NCBI RefSeq assembly: GCF_040938485.1
Contig: NW_027271894.1
Coordinates: 434,001 to 498,000, forward strand
Direction: 5' to 3'
DNA length: 64,000 nt
Origin: Diadema antillarum
Taxonomy: Eukaryota
The stretch's first letter is position 1, and every line of letters starts with the position of its first letter. Made by a program: the position numbers and the translations under genes. The notes below the pieces were generated by a model that saw nothing but the letters and a program-made list of their open reading frames with translations, had not been told where the DNA came from and made no database searches. Below are positions 1 through 13,605 of this stretch, one piece after another.

Positions 1-674
1 GAGATGGATTTTTGCGTGAATTATAGAATGTTTCACTATCAGGTTTCAGTCTTGGCACACGATCTTTGCCTCCTCTCTTCGAAAGGTAAATCAAAAAACA
101 AACCCATAATGATAGAGGCAACTTATTGCATTGCAACAATATTAGAAAACATTAATTAGCTTGCTCCTTATTTCCATAACCTTTACTGTTGTTGTCATGC
201 GCGTTACAGTTGATTATCCTGTGGAACGGGACCACAAAGGTGGCATGAATTAAATTTAATGATCGCCTGTTCGTGATGCGATTAGTAATAATCCGGAGCA
301 GTTCCATTCATCCCATGGTGTTTGAATTCGCTCTTAAAGACCTGCTAAAAGTATCACCACCTCTTACCATCTTCCTCGCATGACTAAAAGTCACGAAACT
401 ATCCTTCCGCTTCTTCCTCTTTTTCTTTTTCTTCTTCTTTTAGTTCTGATGTGACCTTGTGTTCGTTATCTCATCAAGATATCTGGGGACATTGCTGGAG
501 AATCATATTCATGTTGTCACTAATGGATTGGAGTTTAACTACGTATTCTTTACTGAGGAAAGATCAAAATGTATCACTAATTTTAGAATCAGTTATTCAA
601 TTCATTCAATCAATTATTGTCATCAACGATATCTAGTAATTGTGTCAAATTAAGAGGTTCTTGAAAATAAATGA

Positions 675-688
675 ATATATATATATAT

Positions 689-731
<43 letters not shown>

Positions 732-746
732 CATTTATATATATAT
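675..746. repeat. (TA)n/(ATTT)n microsatellite
   Basis: Direct reading. Confidence 0.95.
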
Positions 747-3700
747 GCAAGAGATTATTAAGCAGAGAGGTAAAGATATGAAGCATGAGTTTTCTTCAGT
801 TTGTCTGCCCTCTACACAAATGAAATTTGTGAGATCGCAACTGCTGTCCGTAAACCAGTAGATGATAGGTTCTATTCCCGCTGGCTCCTTTTATTCCGAC
901 ATATTTGTGAAAATGTAGAGCAGCAGTTGCGATCTTACATATTTTATTTGTACAGAGGGCATACAAATTGAAGAAAATTTATATCATACATAATTCATAT
1001 ATAATCTATATACAACCGTACATACATAAACGTATATGAGATTATGAGCAACAAAGAGCTCAAATCGTAGAGAATTTCTTACACAGGAAACACTAACAAT
1101 AAAAGTGAAAATCATGAAAAAAAGACTAACACCAATAACAAGAGCAGTAGTTTCTTGCGCTTGATGAGTAAAAAGGAGTAAGGTGTTTGAGGTGCTTCTA
1201 AATGACCTGGCGCCGTATAGGACGGCAAACTGTGAAAGACTTAGGGTAATATTTACTCACTAGTCCCCGTATGTGTGTGCGTGCGTATGTGCGTATATCT
1301 ACGAGTGCGTGTTTGTATGTGTATGTGTGCGTTGTGTATTTGTATGTGTGTATATATGTGTGTGTATTAACGTGTGTTTTGTGGAATATGATTTTCAACA
1401 GATGCGTGCTCATAGCATGAAGTATTGACTCATGCGATGACATTAGAGGTGAGAACAATAAAATTGATAATAAAAAGAATGATAGTGTATGGCATTCCAG
1501 TCAGTCATTCATTACAAATGTAATGGGACAGCTATGAGAGGTCGTGATGAGACATCTAAGGAAGACGTTAAAAGCGAAAATAGAATGTGACACTATATCC
1601 TTTCCTTACTGCTGGACTTGTGTGTTGGTGGTTTTTGTGTCGAAGCTAGAATTTGTCGCATACTAATAGCTTTCACTTCTGGTGCTGTCTTCCGCTGAAA
1701 TTTGTCTGGAGATAACAGAAATCGGGAGAGAAAAAAAAAGGAGGGAAGAGGATATGGGGGGTGGGGAGGGACAGAGATTGGTGTCTGAAGTTACTGCTTT
1801 TTGACTGAAGGCTGTGAAATTGGCCTTCTGTGCATGTGATCGGGCGCCTGTCGTTCATGTCTGGCTGACCGGAAATAGAAACTCTAGCCTGTCTGCGCTG
1901 ATTGCACACGAGTAATGGGCATTTCCCAGTTTCCCGACAAGCAAGGGAACAAAAACAACACAAAACTTTGAACATCACCTCGATAAATCGCATTATACAA
2001 CATGTATTGTGCAGTAGGCCTAATGCTCCCCCCCTTTTTTTTTTTTTTTTTGCTCTCCGTCCATCGCAAATGCGTGTTATCATTACCCTTGTTGCGATAT
2101 GACAAGACGATCGTTTTAAGGAACAATGCGATGCAAATGCACGTAGACTTGTATTGATCCATAACACCCTGACCATCACTGTTTATGTGTCCAACAGAAT
2201 ATCTAAATATGTGTATATATCTTGTGATATTTTTTTATTTTTTTTTCTTCAAGTTGCTCAAATATACCCACAAAAAGATGCATTTTATTTTTATATTTTC
2301 AAAGTATTTTGTTAATTATATTCGTACTTTAGCAATGATTGACAGATGATATCCCAGGCAGAATCTTGGTTTGGAATGTAATTTTTTGGCGTATCCAAAA
2401 ATCTGAAGAAAAATAGAAAAAAAAAACCAACTATTATAGAATGTAATAATTATTACACATATTTAGATATTCATTTGGCCACTTAAGTAACATTGAGGAT
2501 ATCATTGCTTAACACAAGTCATCATGCACCTGCACCCCATAATACCATAAGGAGTGGCTTTAAAACAAAGACTGAAAATGAGAGTATAGTGTAGCATATA
2601 GAGTTGATCAGAATGTCAAGTTAGTTCCGGTTTCTGCCGCGATTAAACTCGAGTATTGAGCTCTGGCAATTTTAGATAAACATAATGCGTCTGAAAAAAA
2701 TAAACACATGAACTGATTCTAGTGCACAACACTGTTGTTGGATGGGAGCCCGTGCATTTCCTTATAAAGTTTGTTATGTAGCATCATTCTTCCAACCCTA
2801 CCCCACCGCACTCCCGAAAACCCCCGAACAAACAGGCAAAAAACATGATACAAAGATCACCCCACCCCCCCCCCCCCAAAAAAAAAAAAAAAAAAATGTC
2901 GAAGATGCCTACTCTTCTCCGACATCATTCCCTAACCAGATATGGTTGCATGACTGCATGCTAAATGTAAATTGAGGCACTGGCAGTCGGGGGTGGCATC
3001 TTTGATGCGTGACTGCGTTGAATAATACTGAATATCAACTAAGCTCCTGAAAATCGCAATAAACGAAGGATAAACTTTTCACTTAAACATAACATTCGAG
3101 ATCACACGGCGGAAATGATCCCAAAACGACATCGTAGAAGTGCTGATGGCAGCGATAGAGACAGAAAGACAGGTTAAAGGGGAAAATCGAAATTCATGCG
3201 AAATGACCGACATTTACTTTCCTCCTTTCCACCTTCGTCGTTTTTCTCATGGAGGTTTGAGCCGTTATATGGAGCTGTGGCGTTTAAGTGCATCGGTAAT
3301 TTGATAATTCAAAATGTCTCCCCGCCGCTGCAGTCGGTTATTTACGGCGTGCCATTACCGCTAAATCCCAAGCCTTCTATCAAGCCGACTTGTCCGAAGA
3401 ACATTTTAATTCAAATTCTCCCAGTTTCCTTCGTCATCCAGTTTGGCCGCCAAGCCGTTTTAGATGGACGGGTGAGGTGTATTGTTTGTGGAAGGAGACA
3501 CGCCACGTATTCCCCGGGAATGTCACTTCCCCCCTCCCCCCCCCCCTCTTTCTCTTTCTCTTCTCTCCCCTCTCTTCCTTTCCCGCCCCACCCGCATTTT
3601 CTCCTTCTCGTTTCCCCTCTTTCCCCGTGAAGTTTCCTCACGTGTGAGCATGAAGTAATTACTCCATTGTGAACCAGTTCAATGCTACACCTTGACGGTA

Positions 3701-4040
3701 GCTGACTACGGTGTTTGATCATGGCGAAACGAGCGGTATCTTTCAGTCTTTGATTCATCATTTACTTTTTATCTAATTGGGCATAATCTAAAGTGAACAT
3801 TAAGAAGAGGAAGGGAAAACAACAACAACAACAAACAAAAACAATAGGAGAGTTCATGATAGAGAACGTGTTTGGAGTACCGTCCTGCAAGATACGACGT
3901 GGGTGGACGCCTCGACAGTAACCTGATATTTACAAGTGCGTGTCTGCACACGTCCGTAAGAATGACATTTGTCGTAATTTCTACATCCGTGACATGCTCG
4001 TTTGGGCGACGACAGGACTTGAATTTTGATTTTTTTTTTA

Positions 4041-4062
<22 letters not shown>
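4041..4062. repeat. (AG)n microsatellite
   Basis: Direct reading. Confidence 0.95.
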
Positions 4063-4074
<12 letters not shown>

Positions 4075-4598
4075 ATAACATTTCAATCATAGTGCATAGT
4101 GCGGTTATAATTAAGAGCAATGATGGCTGATAATATATATCACCTCTCTCGGTACTATATTTGGGTCTATGGGTCTCTGTGTCGTTTTTCTGTAACTGAG
4201 AAGTATTACAATGGATTTATGGCATGTCTTGTTGTTTCAAACAATGAAATATATGCGATACGTAAGTATTTCTTTGGAAATATGCGTATCTGCCTATCTA
4301 TTGATTACTAGTACCTTCTGCTATAGTGAAAGCATTTGATTTATTCCCTTACGGACGGCAACGCAAGTTGAATCCAAACTCTAAATGACATGACGACATC
4401 TGCTGTTTCGAGGGTATACAACTAGGAAGTATTTAGGGCCTAGTTCAAGTGCCGCTACTCGAATTCCTGTCAGCAAAACGACTTCAATTTTCCATTCTCC
4501 ATCCGAGTGTTTGGAGTGGACCTATCTGTCATTCTCTTTATGATATAAAAGATGATATTATTACAGTAAGGTATAGGATTGTTGATGCTTTTGGTGAT

Positions 4599-4752
4599 GT
4601 TCGTTATTCTGGAACACTGAAATTTCCCATACCTAGAGGTACGTCAATTCGAAAATAAATGCAATAAAAAACGAAACAAAACAAAAAAAGTTGTTTTTTT
4701 TTCATCCGAACCGTTGGAATGAACCTTCGGAATGACGAACCTTCGGAATAAC
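4599..4752. repeat. Short GAACCTTCGGAAT-unit array with an inverted partner unit (possible MITE subterminal repeats)
   Basis: Units at 4707-4720 (degenerate), 4721-4733 and 4737-4749; oppositely oriented GTTCGTTATTCTGGAA at 4599-4614. Confidence 0.4.
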
Positions 4753-5700
4753 CAACTGCAGTCCGTGCTTTTACCCTCTGTTGAGCCTGATAAGAAGAAA
4801 AAATAATGTGCCATATTCTTTAGGCACCCATGCTATTAATACTGCCTCTCTAAACATTATCTCTATTATGTATTGATATATCATGCTATTGTGTGGAGGA
4901 TTTTTATGTCCCTTTCTTGCAATATTGCAGTTGCGCGTAGTTGTTTTGACCTATAGCTATGAATTTCATGTCACGGGCCTGTTTACCAAAAATTGCGGAG
5001 CGGAAACGCAGTGTACAATGGAATGAAAGAGACAATTCGTGAAATAGCCATTTTATGCGCACTTTATTTTTGACCCTCATAATGTTGTCATGACAACCAG
5101 ATAGTGTGCAAAGGATTTTTATCCATACAGCTAGCCAGCTAACCAACTGTGGTATGTGCACGCTGCGATAGACACAACGATGAAAACGGATGGCGGTGAA
5201 ATAAATGTCCCGTAACCTCGGCACTCTAGACATCTAAGAGCATCTGTGATTCTGCATAGAGCGGTTTACCCGCCGAATCGTTCAGTCGAGGAGCCCAATT
5301 ATCTCTCCCCCTCATGTCTCCTTACCTCATCCTAATTAATCCAATTTTTTAATGATGATAGCGATTTCGTTCCCCGGGAGGAGAGATCTTTTCAGCGCGC
5401 TGATTAATGAAATCTCACCACCGTCGTTCAGTCGAGCTGAGTATGGAATAGCTGTCACGTTTGAGACAGATGTTATTTGCAGGTCGTGGAGCCATTTTAC
5501 GCTTTTCAGTCTTTCGCGCCTCATTCTGTACTTTTCTTCTTTTCACATTTTGTTTGTTTCTTTGTTATTTTATTTGCTTGTTATTGACCATCCAATGGAA
5601 TAGATAGCGTTTGTTCACTTTTTTTTTTGTTACTTGACATTATTTAGTAATTTGGCATTTCTAGTAAAACTTTGTAAATAAAAAAGAATGACGATCTGAC

Positions 5701-5897
5701 GATGCTGGGGACTATTAGGCATTTATCAATGAAAAAAAAAGATACTTTTACAATTATCTTTTGTATTCAGACTCTCATCAAGATTATTTGCGGGATAATT
5801 TTGCCTTTCCAGATAAAAAATAATGTCGGTGCTGGGGACTTTTAGGCATTTATCATGAAAAAAAAGATACTTTTTAAGTATCTTGTTTATTCAGATT
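5701..5897. repeat. Two-copy tandem duplication (~70-bp homologous blocks, ~127-bp period)
   Basis: GATGCTGGGGACTATTAGGCATTTATCAATGAAAAAAAAAGATACTTTT.. at 5701 versus GGTGCTGGGGACTTTTAGGCATTTATCATGAAAAAAAAGATACTTTT.. at 5828. Confidence 0.85.
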
Positions 5898-6487
5898 TAA
5901 TTACATTGAGATGACATGTTACTATAATGATGGCCTTTTGCTCCTCTAATTGACTGCGGCATTTATGTGGATTTACGGTTGTTACTAATGTTTCCAAAAT
6001 TACTGTAATATCATCGTACAAGCGACACAGAGACAAAAATGAATGATCATTGAAATCCTGGCTCATCAAAATACGAGATCCAGAAAAAAATACTTCTGGA
6101 CTTCTGAAGCGAATGTAGGTTCTATAAAAATGAAATCATTCAATTCACAGACAGTACTTTTAGAAATGCGTATGAATAGGCTAACCACTACCAAAGAGAG
6201 CATGTAACTTTAGTATACTATCTCCATCAGTGGAAGATATGGCTGTGAGTCCGTCCGTGTCCTCTCATGTCCGCATTCCCGCGGGAATTCATTCGACCCA
6301 TCACTATTTTCCTGTCTTTTTGGTTTACCACTATTGAAAGGAAAAGTGAAAAGAGAGAGAGAAAGGGGGGGGGGGGAAGAGAGGGATATAATATACAGAC
6401 TACGGAATAATAAACAGTGGTTAAAACAAACCCACAAATCATAGCTGGTTTATGTCTTCAAGTAGTAGTTTTGGACCTTGTCACGAG

Positions 6488-6579
6488 AACAACAACAACA
6501 ACAATTACAACAACAGCCAGAACAACAAAAACAACAATAATATGATAATAACAACAACAACAACAACAACAACAACAAC
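6488..6579. repeat. Imperfect (CAA)n microsatellite
   Basis: Direct reading. Confidence 0.95.
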
Positions 6580-6740
6580 GACATCCATACTATAGGCAAT
6601 GCTGGAGATCCCCAACTTCGGGTCAAGACTGATATCCTAAAGTGGGATGGGATTACCCTATATGCTCTCCTCTCGGATAAACGTATCTGCTCACAAATTT
6701 GTTTTGAATTCATAACTGCGTACTTTGCATGCTGATGGCT

Positions 6741-6828
6741 TCTCTCTCTCTCTCTCTCTCTCTACACACTCTCACACACACACTCACACACACACACACA
6801 CACACTCACACACACACATACACACACA
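6741..6828. repeat. (TC)n(CA)n compound microsatellite
   Basis: Direct reading. Confidence 0.95.
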
Positions 6829-9043
6829 AAAACGCAGGACATAATTCCTTACGGACAAAAGAGCCCCTTTGATGTGAATTGTTCGCATTTTTCGGAGTTC
6901 TATATGCACTAGATTCAGTCAAGTCTCACGCAGGACACAGAACTGTACTATACATTGAAATTGAATGGAACAAACTGACATGTTCCCATTGCTGTTATTG
7001 TTGTTCTGATAATCAGGTTTCGGTGTCAGCGGTGTCATGATAAGCCTTCTCATGTCCAAGTTTCATTGGCGGAAGACCTTTGCAACCAGTGGTCGGTGGT
7101 TGGTCATCGCAGGTCATTAACGAGTTTTCTAGGATGCTGTCGAACGGCTAATTAGCTCATTTATAGTGATAGGCTCGTTAATGGAGTAATGATTGTATGA
7201 TTGTATTGAAACGGAAAGTTGACATTGAGTGGATCGATAATAAAAGCTGCCAACGTTATGCCATGTTTCTCTAGGCCGTTAGAGTTCACTCTGCTTAATA
7301 TTTCAAAAATATTTCATTCTCGTACAATATATCCTTAATTCTTTTGTATTATGGCAACACATCGAAAGCAGAGAAAATTGACAAAGATTTCCTTTTTTTT
7401 TGGGGGGGGGTCGAACAAAAAAAAATCTATAGACATGAAATACGTTTAGGAAACGTGATTAAATCTACTAGTATCTTGTTCGTATGATTATTCGTATCTT
7501 GTCCACGACAACTCCAAATCAGACACACCGGGACTTGATTGTTGACTGATCGTTACAACGTGGAGGGGGGAGGGGGTGGTGTGCCAGCAGTGCATACAAG
7601 AATGATCGCTTTCAGTCTCCCCTGAGTCCCCACAATACAAGCTGCGAGAGCGATTTTGATTCAATGCTGGTACATCTAGCCCACCCCCACCCCATCCCCT
7701 GCCCGCCCCACGCCCCAGCACCTCTCCGTATCAGAACGTATTCTCAAACGCGTCAGGCCTTTTGCGAGGCAGAACGAACAAAACATATAGAAACAACTCA
7801 TCAAATTAGGAATCAAACAAGTAAAAAGACAAACAAAGACGTATAATTGCTCCAGAATTATGAACTCGTCGTTTAGATATCACGAGTTTAATTTTTCTCA
7901 GGTAAATAGCTTTGAATGCAGCTTCCCACATGATTAACTGCGTGGCGAGGATGAATAAGATGTAGATGCAGATTCTGGAAATGCGGAAACGCACCATCGA
8001 TGAGAATCGTGGCAATGGTGAGATATCTAATACGTTTGGCACGTGTAATAATTATACAGCCATTATATTGGAGTGATTAGAATTATAGACGGTCGTTGTC
8101 CTCCTGCGCTGAAAGGTGTTTTTAATTTGTCTTATATTCATCTCTCTCATTCGCAACTGGATTATATACGATGTGTAAGAGACATATCGTTGGATGTTGC
8201 AAAAGAAAATGGAGGAGAAAAACAGAAATGATTCTTTTTCAGCACATGCGAAGCGTCAGTGTGTTGTAGTTTAGTCAGAATGCAGATTTCTTTCACTCTT
8301 ATATAGGAATGTTCGAAACCTTTTTTATCAGGACTATGACCCTGATCCTGATTCATGATACAAACCGAGCGCCATGGCGACGACTTTGTAGGAAACACGC
8401 CAAAGTATATAGCTCCAGCTGGGAGTATGCCAAAGTCACGCGTGTGCACTTCAGGTCAGATCTTGTAATCGTCTGCAGGTTAACAGCTACCAAAGACATT
8501 ATCGGGCAATCAAACACAGAAGGCATATTCTATAACCCTTAGATTTATTTCTTTTCTTTGTCTCATTTCCTTTATCCTGAAATCTATTACTACACCCACG
8601 AGACAGTATCATCCAAATCCATTACTTGATTATCGTGCGTGCAGGGAAAGTTTTTCCAAGCATACAGTGGATAGCTCAAAATTCAGCTTGATACTGAATT
8701 AATAATGCCTTGTAATATACAGTACAACAATTACAAGAAAATATAAAAGCAGTTCAACAAAAAAGTAATTATTGAGGAACATCGTAAGAGCACTTGACCT
8801 AGCTTCTTCAGAAGTCAGGGAGAATAGTAAACTGTCATTTGCCATATTTCCTACGTAATACCTCATTAACAGAATACAGGAACTGAGTATCTTTCATTAA
8901 AGAAATACGAATTAAGATTTGTGGAATTCTTTACGCATCTTATCGATATCACTCTGTAAATATTATGCCATTAACTAGTCATAATTGCATGACATTTCCG
9001 CGATGAAGTGAGCCTCTGTACGGACATGCACATACTGAAATAA

Positions 9044-9047
<4 letters not shown>

Positions 9048-9086
<39 letters not shown>
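9048..9086. repeat. (CA)n microsatellite
   Basis: Direct reading. Confidence 0.95.
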
Positions 9087-9088
<2 letters not shown>

Positions 9089-10899
9089 TACACTCCCTTG
9101 CCCTACACATTTAACCTGCAAGCGCGTTCTGTACGCCGTCTGAGCTAGATTTTGATGTATTCTTTTTCCAATGCTTAATATCTTCTTCCGACAAAGAAAA
9201 AAGGAAAAATAGGTCACTAACTCATTGTTTACGCACACACGCCAGACATGAACAACAAATACACCCCGAAACAAACAGCAAAGACTGAATGAAATCTTTC
9301 TACTTGCAGTACACAGAAGGGATTGCTTTCCCCCTCTCGGGAGCAAAATTCGGTACGCGCGCCGCACCTCGGTGGGAAATTCATCCCTCGAACCACGAAC
9401 CGGCCTGGACGAAGAAAAAAAAATCAAATTAATCAAAGCTGAAATGAATATGTTTCCCATTGATTGCAGATGTGGATAATGCCGATTTAGTCGCTAACAA
9501 GATTTATTTCCAGCGCGTTATCCTCGTCCTTCCCATTTATGTGCAGCGATCTCCTGCGTGATAATATCAACATGAATGCGCCAGAGCTTCACGTCTCTTT
9601 CGTTTGAAGACAATTTTGGGATGACGATGCTTGGGCGACGTTTTGGTGAACTTCAGACGTGTCAGACGAATTGAAGACGATATAACTGCCTTACTCCGTG
9701 GAGATAACGGAGAAGATTAGCCATCACCTGTTGCCATGGTTTGACGAATATCATTTTTGACGAGTATCATTTGTAGCTTTGTGCTCTGACAACCAATTAA
9801 TGATCGAAAATTTTGTCCAATAAAGGCGCAGAGACATGCTAGATAGACAAAGGATAAACAATGATAGAAAGGTAGCTTGATAGGTCTATATATAGGTAGG
9901 AGGAAAAGAGAGATGGAGATATATGCAAAGATGGATAAGTAGATTGAGAAAGAGAACAAGAGACAGACATTTGAGAAGAAGAGATATAGATTGAAAGATG
10001 GGGAGATGGATACATACATATCATGAACATACAGAGTGTATCTGTTTGCCATCATCACACCACCCTGCAATCCACGGAATCGTTTTTCATCGATTTTCGT
10101 CACACATACAACTGATTGGCCAGTAATAATACGACGGTGTTGAGCAAGCCACTATCAAGTTTGTTCTCAATTGGCATTCCTGCCCTATAAACCTTAAAAC
10201 GAGATGACAAAAATATTTCCATATTCCCTTACTCTTGTATATCGTAGCATTTGTGCATTTGTATATTAGGAAAATCAGTAACGAAAGAATCTAGCGCACA
10301 CACACACACAAAATATTAACTACTCTGAACCAAAATTTTTAGTGAATATGACATTTGAAATTATCTTTCTGAGCAAAGCATGTGATGTACTTTCGTTGAA
10401 TTTGCTAAAAAGAAGGACATATCTTTAGGGCAACGTTCTGGAAAATCAAAACTATGTTGACTGGAACAATTTAATTCTTTAAAACATGTGTGTGCCGTGT
10501 GCTATATTCGCGAAACGCGATATGAACGATGCCGTTGGCTAAATTTTGTTTTCTTGAAACTGGTTTCTTCTGACATTCCTCGTATGTTTCCTATGATAGA
10601 CGAAGGCAGAAGCAAAAGAAGAAAAAAAAAATCAAGTTTAACCCGTTTTCACTTATTGGTTTCCTCGTCAGTCTACGGGAGGAAGAATATAATACGCATC
10701 CTCGCAATGAAATCACGACAACATAATTACATTTTGCGTCGAATCACTTATCAGTTCGCAGAGAGGTCGTTGCAACGGGAAACACACTGGAAAAAGAAGT
10801 TAACATAAAACTTTTCCTGGTTCTTCGCTGTTTTTTTTTTTCGAGTGACTTTACATACGCTTCCGCCGTGTGATTAGATTGTTCTCCCATCATTGCAGA

Positions 10900-11519
10900 G
10901 TTCAAAATGTGTCACAGACTCAAACTGACAATTAAAAGTTGTTCTGAAGAGAAACAAGTACCACAGTAAAAAATTGATCAAAGTCGTATTAAGAAAATTG
11001 CAGGAAGTTATACAATTTTAAAGATTTGCTCATTCTGTTAAACTGTTCCCGAACAGTTGATACTAATATGGAAATGAGAGAGCTGATGGTGTCCTCACCT
11101 AACAAATTTTCCATTGATCGAGTGCAAAAATAAATGACCCGAATTCAGTTCTTCTGCTAACAAAGTGTAAAAAGTAATGTTTGCTTGGCTGAATTATAGC
11201 TTCAAAATAAGGAGCAGTCAGATATATTAGAATTTTTGAATGGGGTCTAATTGCGTTTGGAATAAAAACCGGATATTTCAGGATTTTAGGTACAAACCAC
11301 TAGTATATGGCAAATTGTGAGGCGATAACATTATCAGCTCACTGGGTGCATCATTCACGTTGGCAGTTAAAGAGCTGTTTCTTGAAAATTAGAGAAACTT
11401 TAAAATTCCATAACTTAAAAATCTTTATCCTATCTTAATCAAATTTTAAGTGTTGTGCTTGTAGAATTTTGCTCTTTCTGTTCTTATTAACTTTTTGCTA
11501 GCATGAATTTCTTCTTTAA
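10900..11519. mobile_element. Kolobok-like non-autonomous DNA transposon (MITE) remnant
   Basis: The right end is ..GAATTTCTTC-TTTAA (TTAA target). There are imperfect inverted subterminal blocks: ACAAGTACCACAGTAAAAAATTGATCAA..AAGTTATACAATTTTAAAG near 10950-11025, and its reverse-complement counterpart near 11395-11465. The left terminus is eroded. Confidence 0.6.
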
Positions 11520-11521
11520 AA

Positions 11522-12110
11522 GTCAATTAAATTAAATTCAATTCAATTTATTCATTTCATAAAATCACATACAAAATATTTACATAAATGTGTGAGTCAA
11601 AGGAGGAAATCACGCAAAAGTCCAGGGCTTGGAAATGGAGATTCCCTTTACAATATAGTTCAAAATCACAGTTTGGAATGAAACATATATATATACATAT
11701 ATATATATCAAAATAGAACTTAGATTAGAGACCGTTACAAAATCAAACAATATATTATGATGGAAACAGGAAACAGGAAACAAAACAACGACTGAACTAA
11801 TACAATATATTACAATACAATACAATACAAAACAAAAACAAAACAAAACAAAACAAACATGCAGGGTGTTTGTCGAAGGTTTGTATGGGAATTGCACAAT
11901 TTTCATCATTCATTCATATATAATAAACAATCAGTACAGATTAAGAAGAAGCTGCTTATATTGAGTCATAAAAAGATTCAATGTGTTAGCATTGCCGCTC
12001 AAGTAATTTCAAGTTGTTCGGCCAAGTCATTCTGATTTGATATTCCTGATAGCATGATGCTGTTCAAGTTGTACTGATTTTCTGTTCCCATTTTTCCACC
12101 CTCTTTTCAA
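11522..12110 (-). mobile_element. Degenerate 3' end of a LINE (CR1/L2-like)
   Basis: The minus strand ends ..NANTLNLFMTQYKQLLLNLY*, followed by an AT-rich UTR with simple repeats and an AATAAATTGAATTGAATTTAAT-type tail abutting the MITE. Confidence 0.5.
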
Positions 12111-13555
12111 TACTGAGAATGAGAATGTGCACATACATGATTCATGTATCCAGCTTCATTTCTCTCTCCGTTCTAAATAACCAACAAACGTGGGTTTACC
12201 CCTGTCTTTTACGCTGGAAAGGGCACGCTCTACTAGGAGGCTGACGATCCACAAGCATTTTGGGACATGATGTTGAATAAAATGAAAACAGTTCACAAAT
12301 ACTTGTTTTGTTCATCTCACTTTTTCCCCCTTCTCTGTAATATCTCGGTAGCTCTGAGAACAATATTCTTTCCCTTTGACCATGACTTTTGATGTCATCT
12401 CCATAGGGGATGATCGTTTCTTCTCTATTATGTCTCATGATAAAGTGAGTTTCGCTGAAAACATTGTTGCCAACTGCATGATTGACACAATGTCGGAAAG
12501 GAGAAGAGTGGATTTTGGCTGTCTTCATTCTTTCATTAAAGCAGGAACACTTGAGTGGCTCTATAAGGTTATACAAGCCCTGATGTAAAGGGAGGAAGAG
12601 GAGGAGGAGTAGGAGGAGGAGTAGGAGGAAGGGGGTTAGGACAAACATTGGAACACGAACATAACGAAGATTGTTTCTCAATATTGCGCCACACGCGTTC
12701 GTCTGCGTCTTGAGGGGTTGACAACATCCAACATTTTCCCGTTGCCAAGTGCGTTTGCGCCATTCCCTTATACGACAGCGTTCCTTCCTTCTCTTCGCTC
12801 TCGAGAATGACAACCGTTTGTAGGTTAATCACTGTCACCGTTAAGATCAATATCGCAAAAATATGATAAAGGCGGAATTGACGAATAACATTTGATTCGG
12901 ACACTCTTTGCTTGTCCGTTCTCCTCCTCCCCTCCTGCCCCTCCTGCCCTTCCTGCCCCCCCCCCCCTCCTGCTCCTCTTGCCTCCCCCTCCCCCATCCC
13001 ACCACTCCCTGCCTCCTCTTCCTTATTTTTTTCTTGTACTTTAGTAGCGGATGTTGCCACTGGTGATAAGGTGCCAAGTCCATGTCTAGAGAAAGAATTC
13101 ATGTTCTCCCCGGTTTATCGAACATTCATGGTAGCACACATATCGGTACGTGACGACGGGCAATGCGTCTGTCTTGTTGAATATGTGAAGATACTTGAAG
13201 GTTACCAGGAACTCGACCTATTGTGTCACCTGTCGATGAATGTTGAGTTCAAGACTGGTTGTCTCCCCACCCCCTTTCCTGCGTCAGTAGGGAAGGGGGA
13301 GGGGTAACCAAAGTGAGAATGTAACGAACTACCGGAGAAACGGTTTGTCTGTGGTATATTTTGTTTCGTAATGGCTAACCCACGTAGGACTTAGGTCACA
13401 AGAAGCGAATATTTCGACAAGCGTACCCTGACAACGTTGAATCCAAGTATGTTGATAAGGAATGGTACTTTACAATAAGGTGGCAGTTGTGGTTTTTTAA
13501 TCCCTTTTCATTCTTCATTTCTTCAGCCATGATGGTCCACGTAGGGTAGCCGTAA

Positions 13556-13605
13556 GGTGGTGCAGTGGTTAGCGTTCCAGACTCCTAAAGCGGAGATCCT
13601 GGTTT
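13556..13605 (+). mobile_element. Truncated tRNA-like SINE head fragment
   Basis: GGTGGTGCAGTGGTTAGCG (A box) and GACTCCTAAAGCGGAG (Arg-CCT-like arm, similar to the 14.7 kb SINE). It breaks off before a complete B box, so it is not a functional tRNA. Confidence 0.55.

Noticed and set aside
8330-8455. Possible exon between TTTTTTATCAG and CAG/GTCAGA
   Set aside because: The open frame gives no recognisable peptide and the donor is weak; there are no partner exons.
12196-13307. Long ORFs (205, 177 and 131 aa)
   Set aside because: They are kept open by GAG/CCT low-complexity tracts, overlap on both strands and have no domain motifs.
13556-13605. Possible tRNA gene
   Set aside because: It lacks a complete T-arm/B box and acceptor stem; treated as a SINE head fragment.
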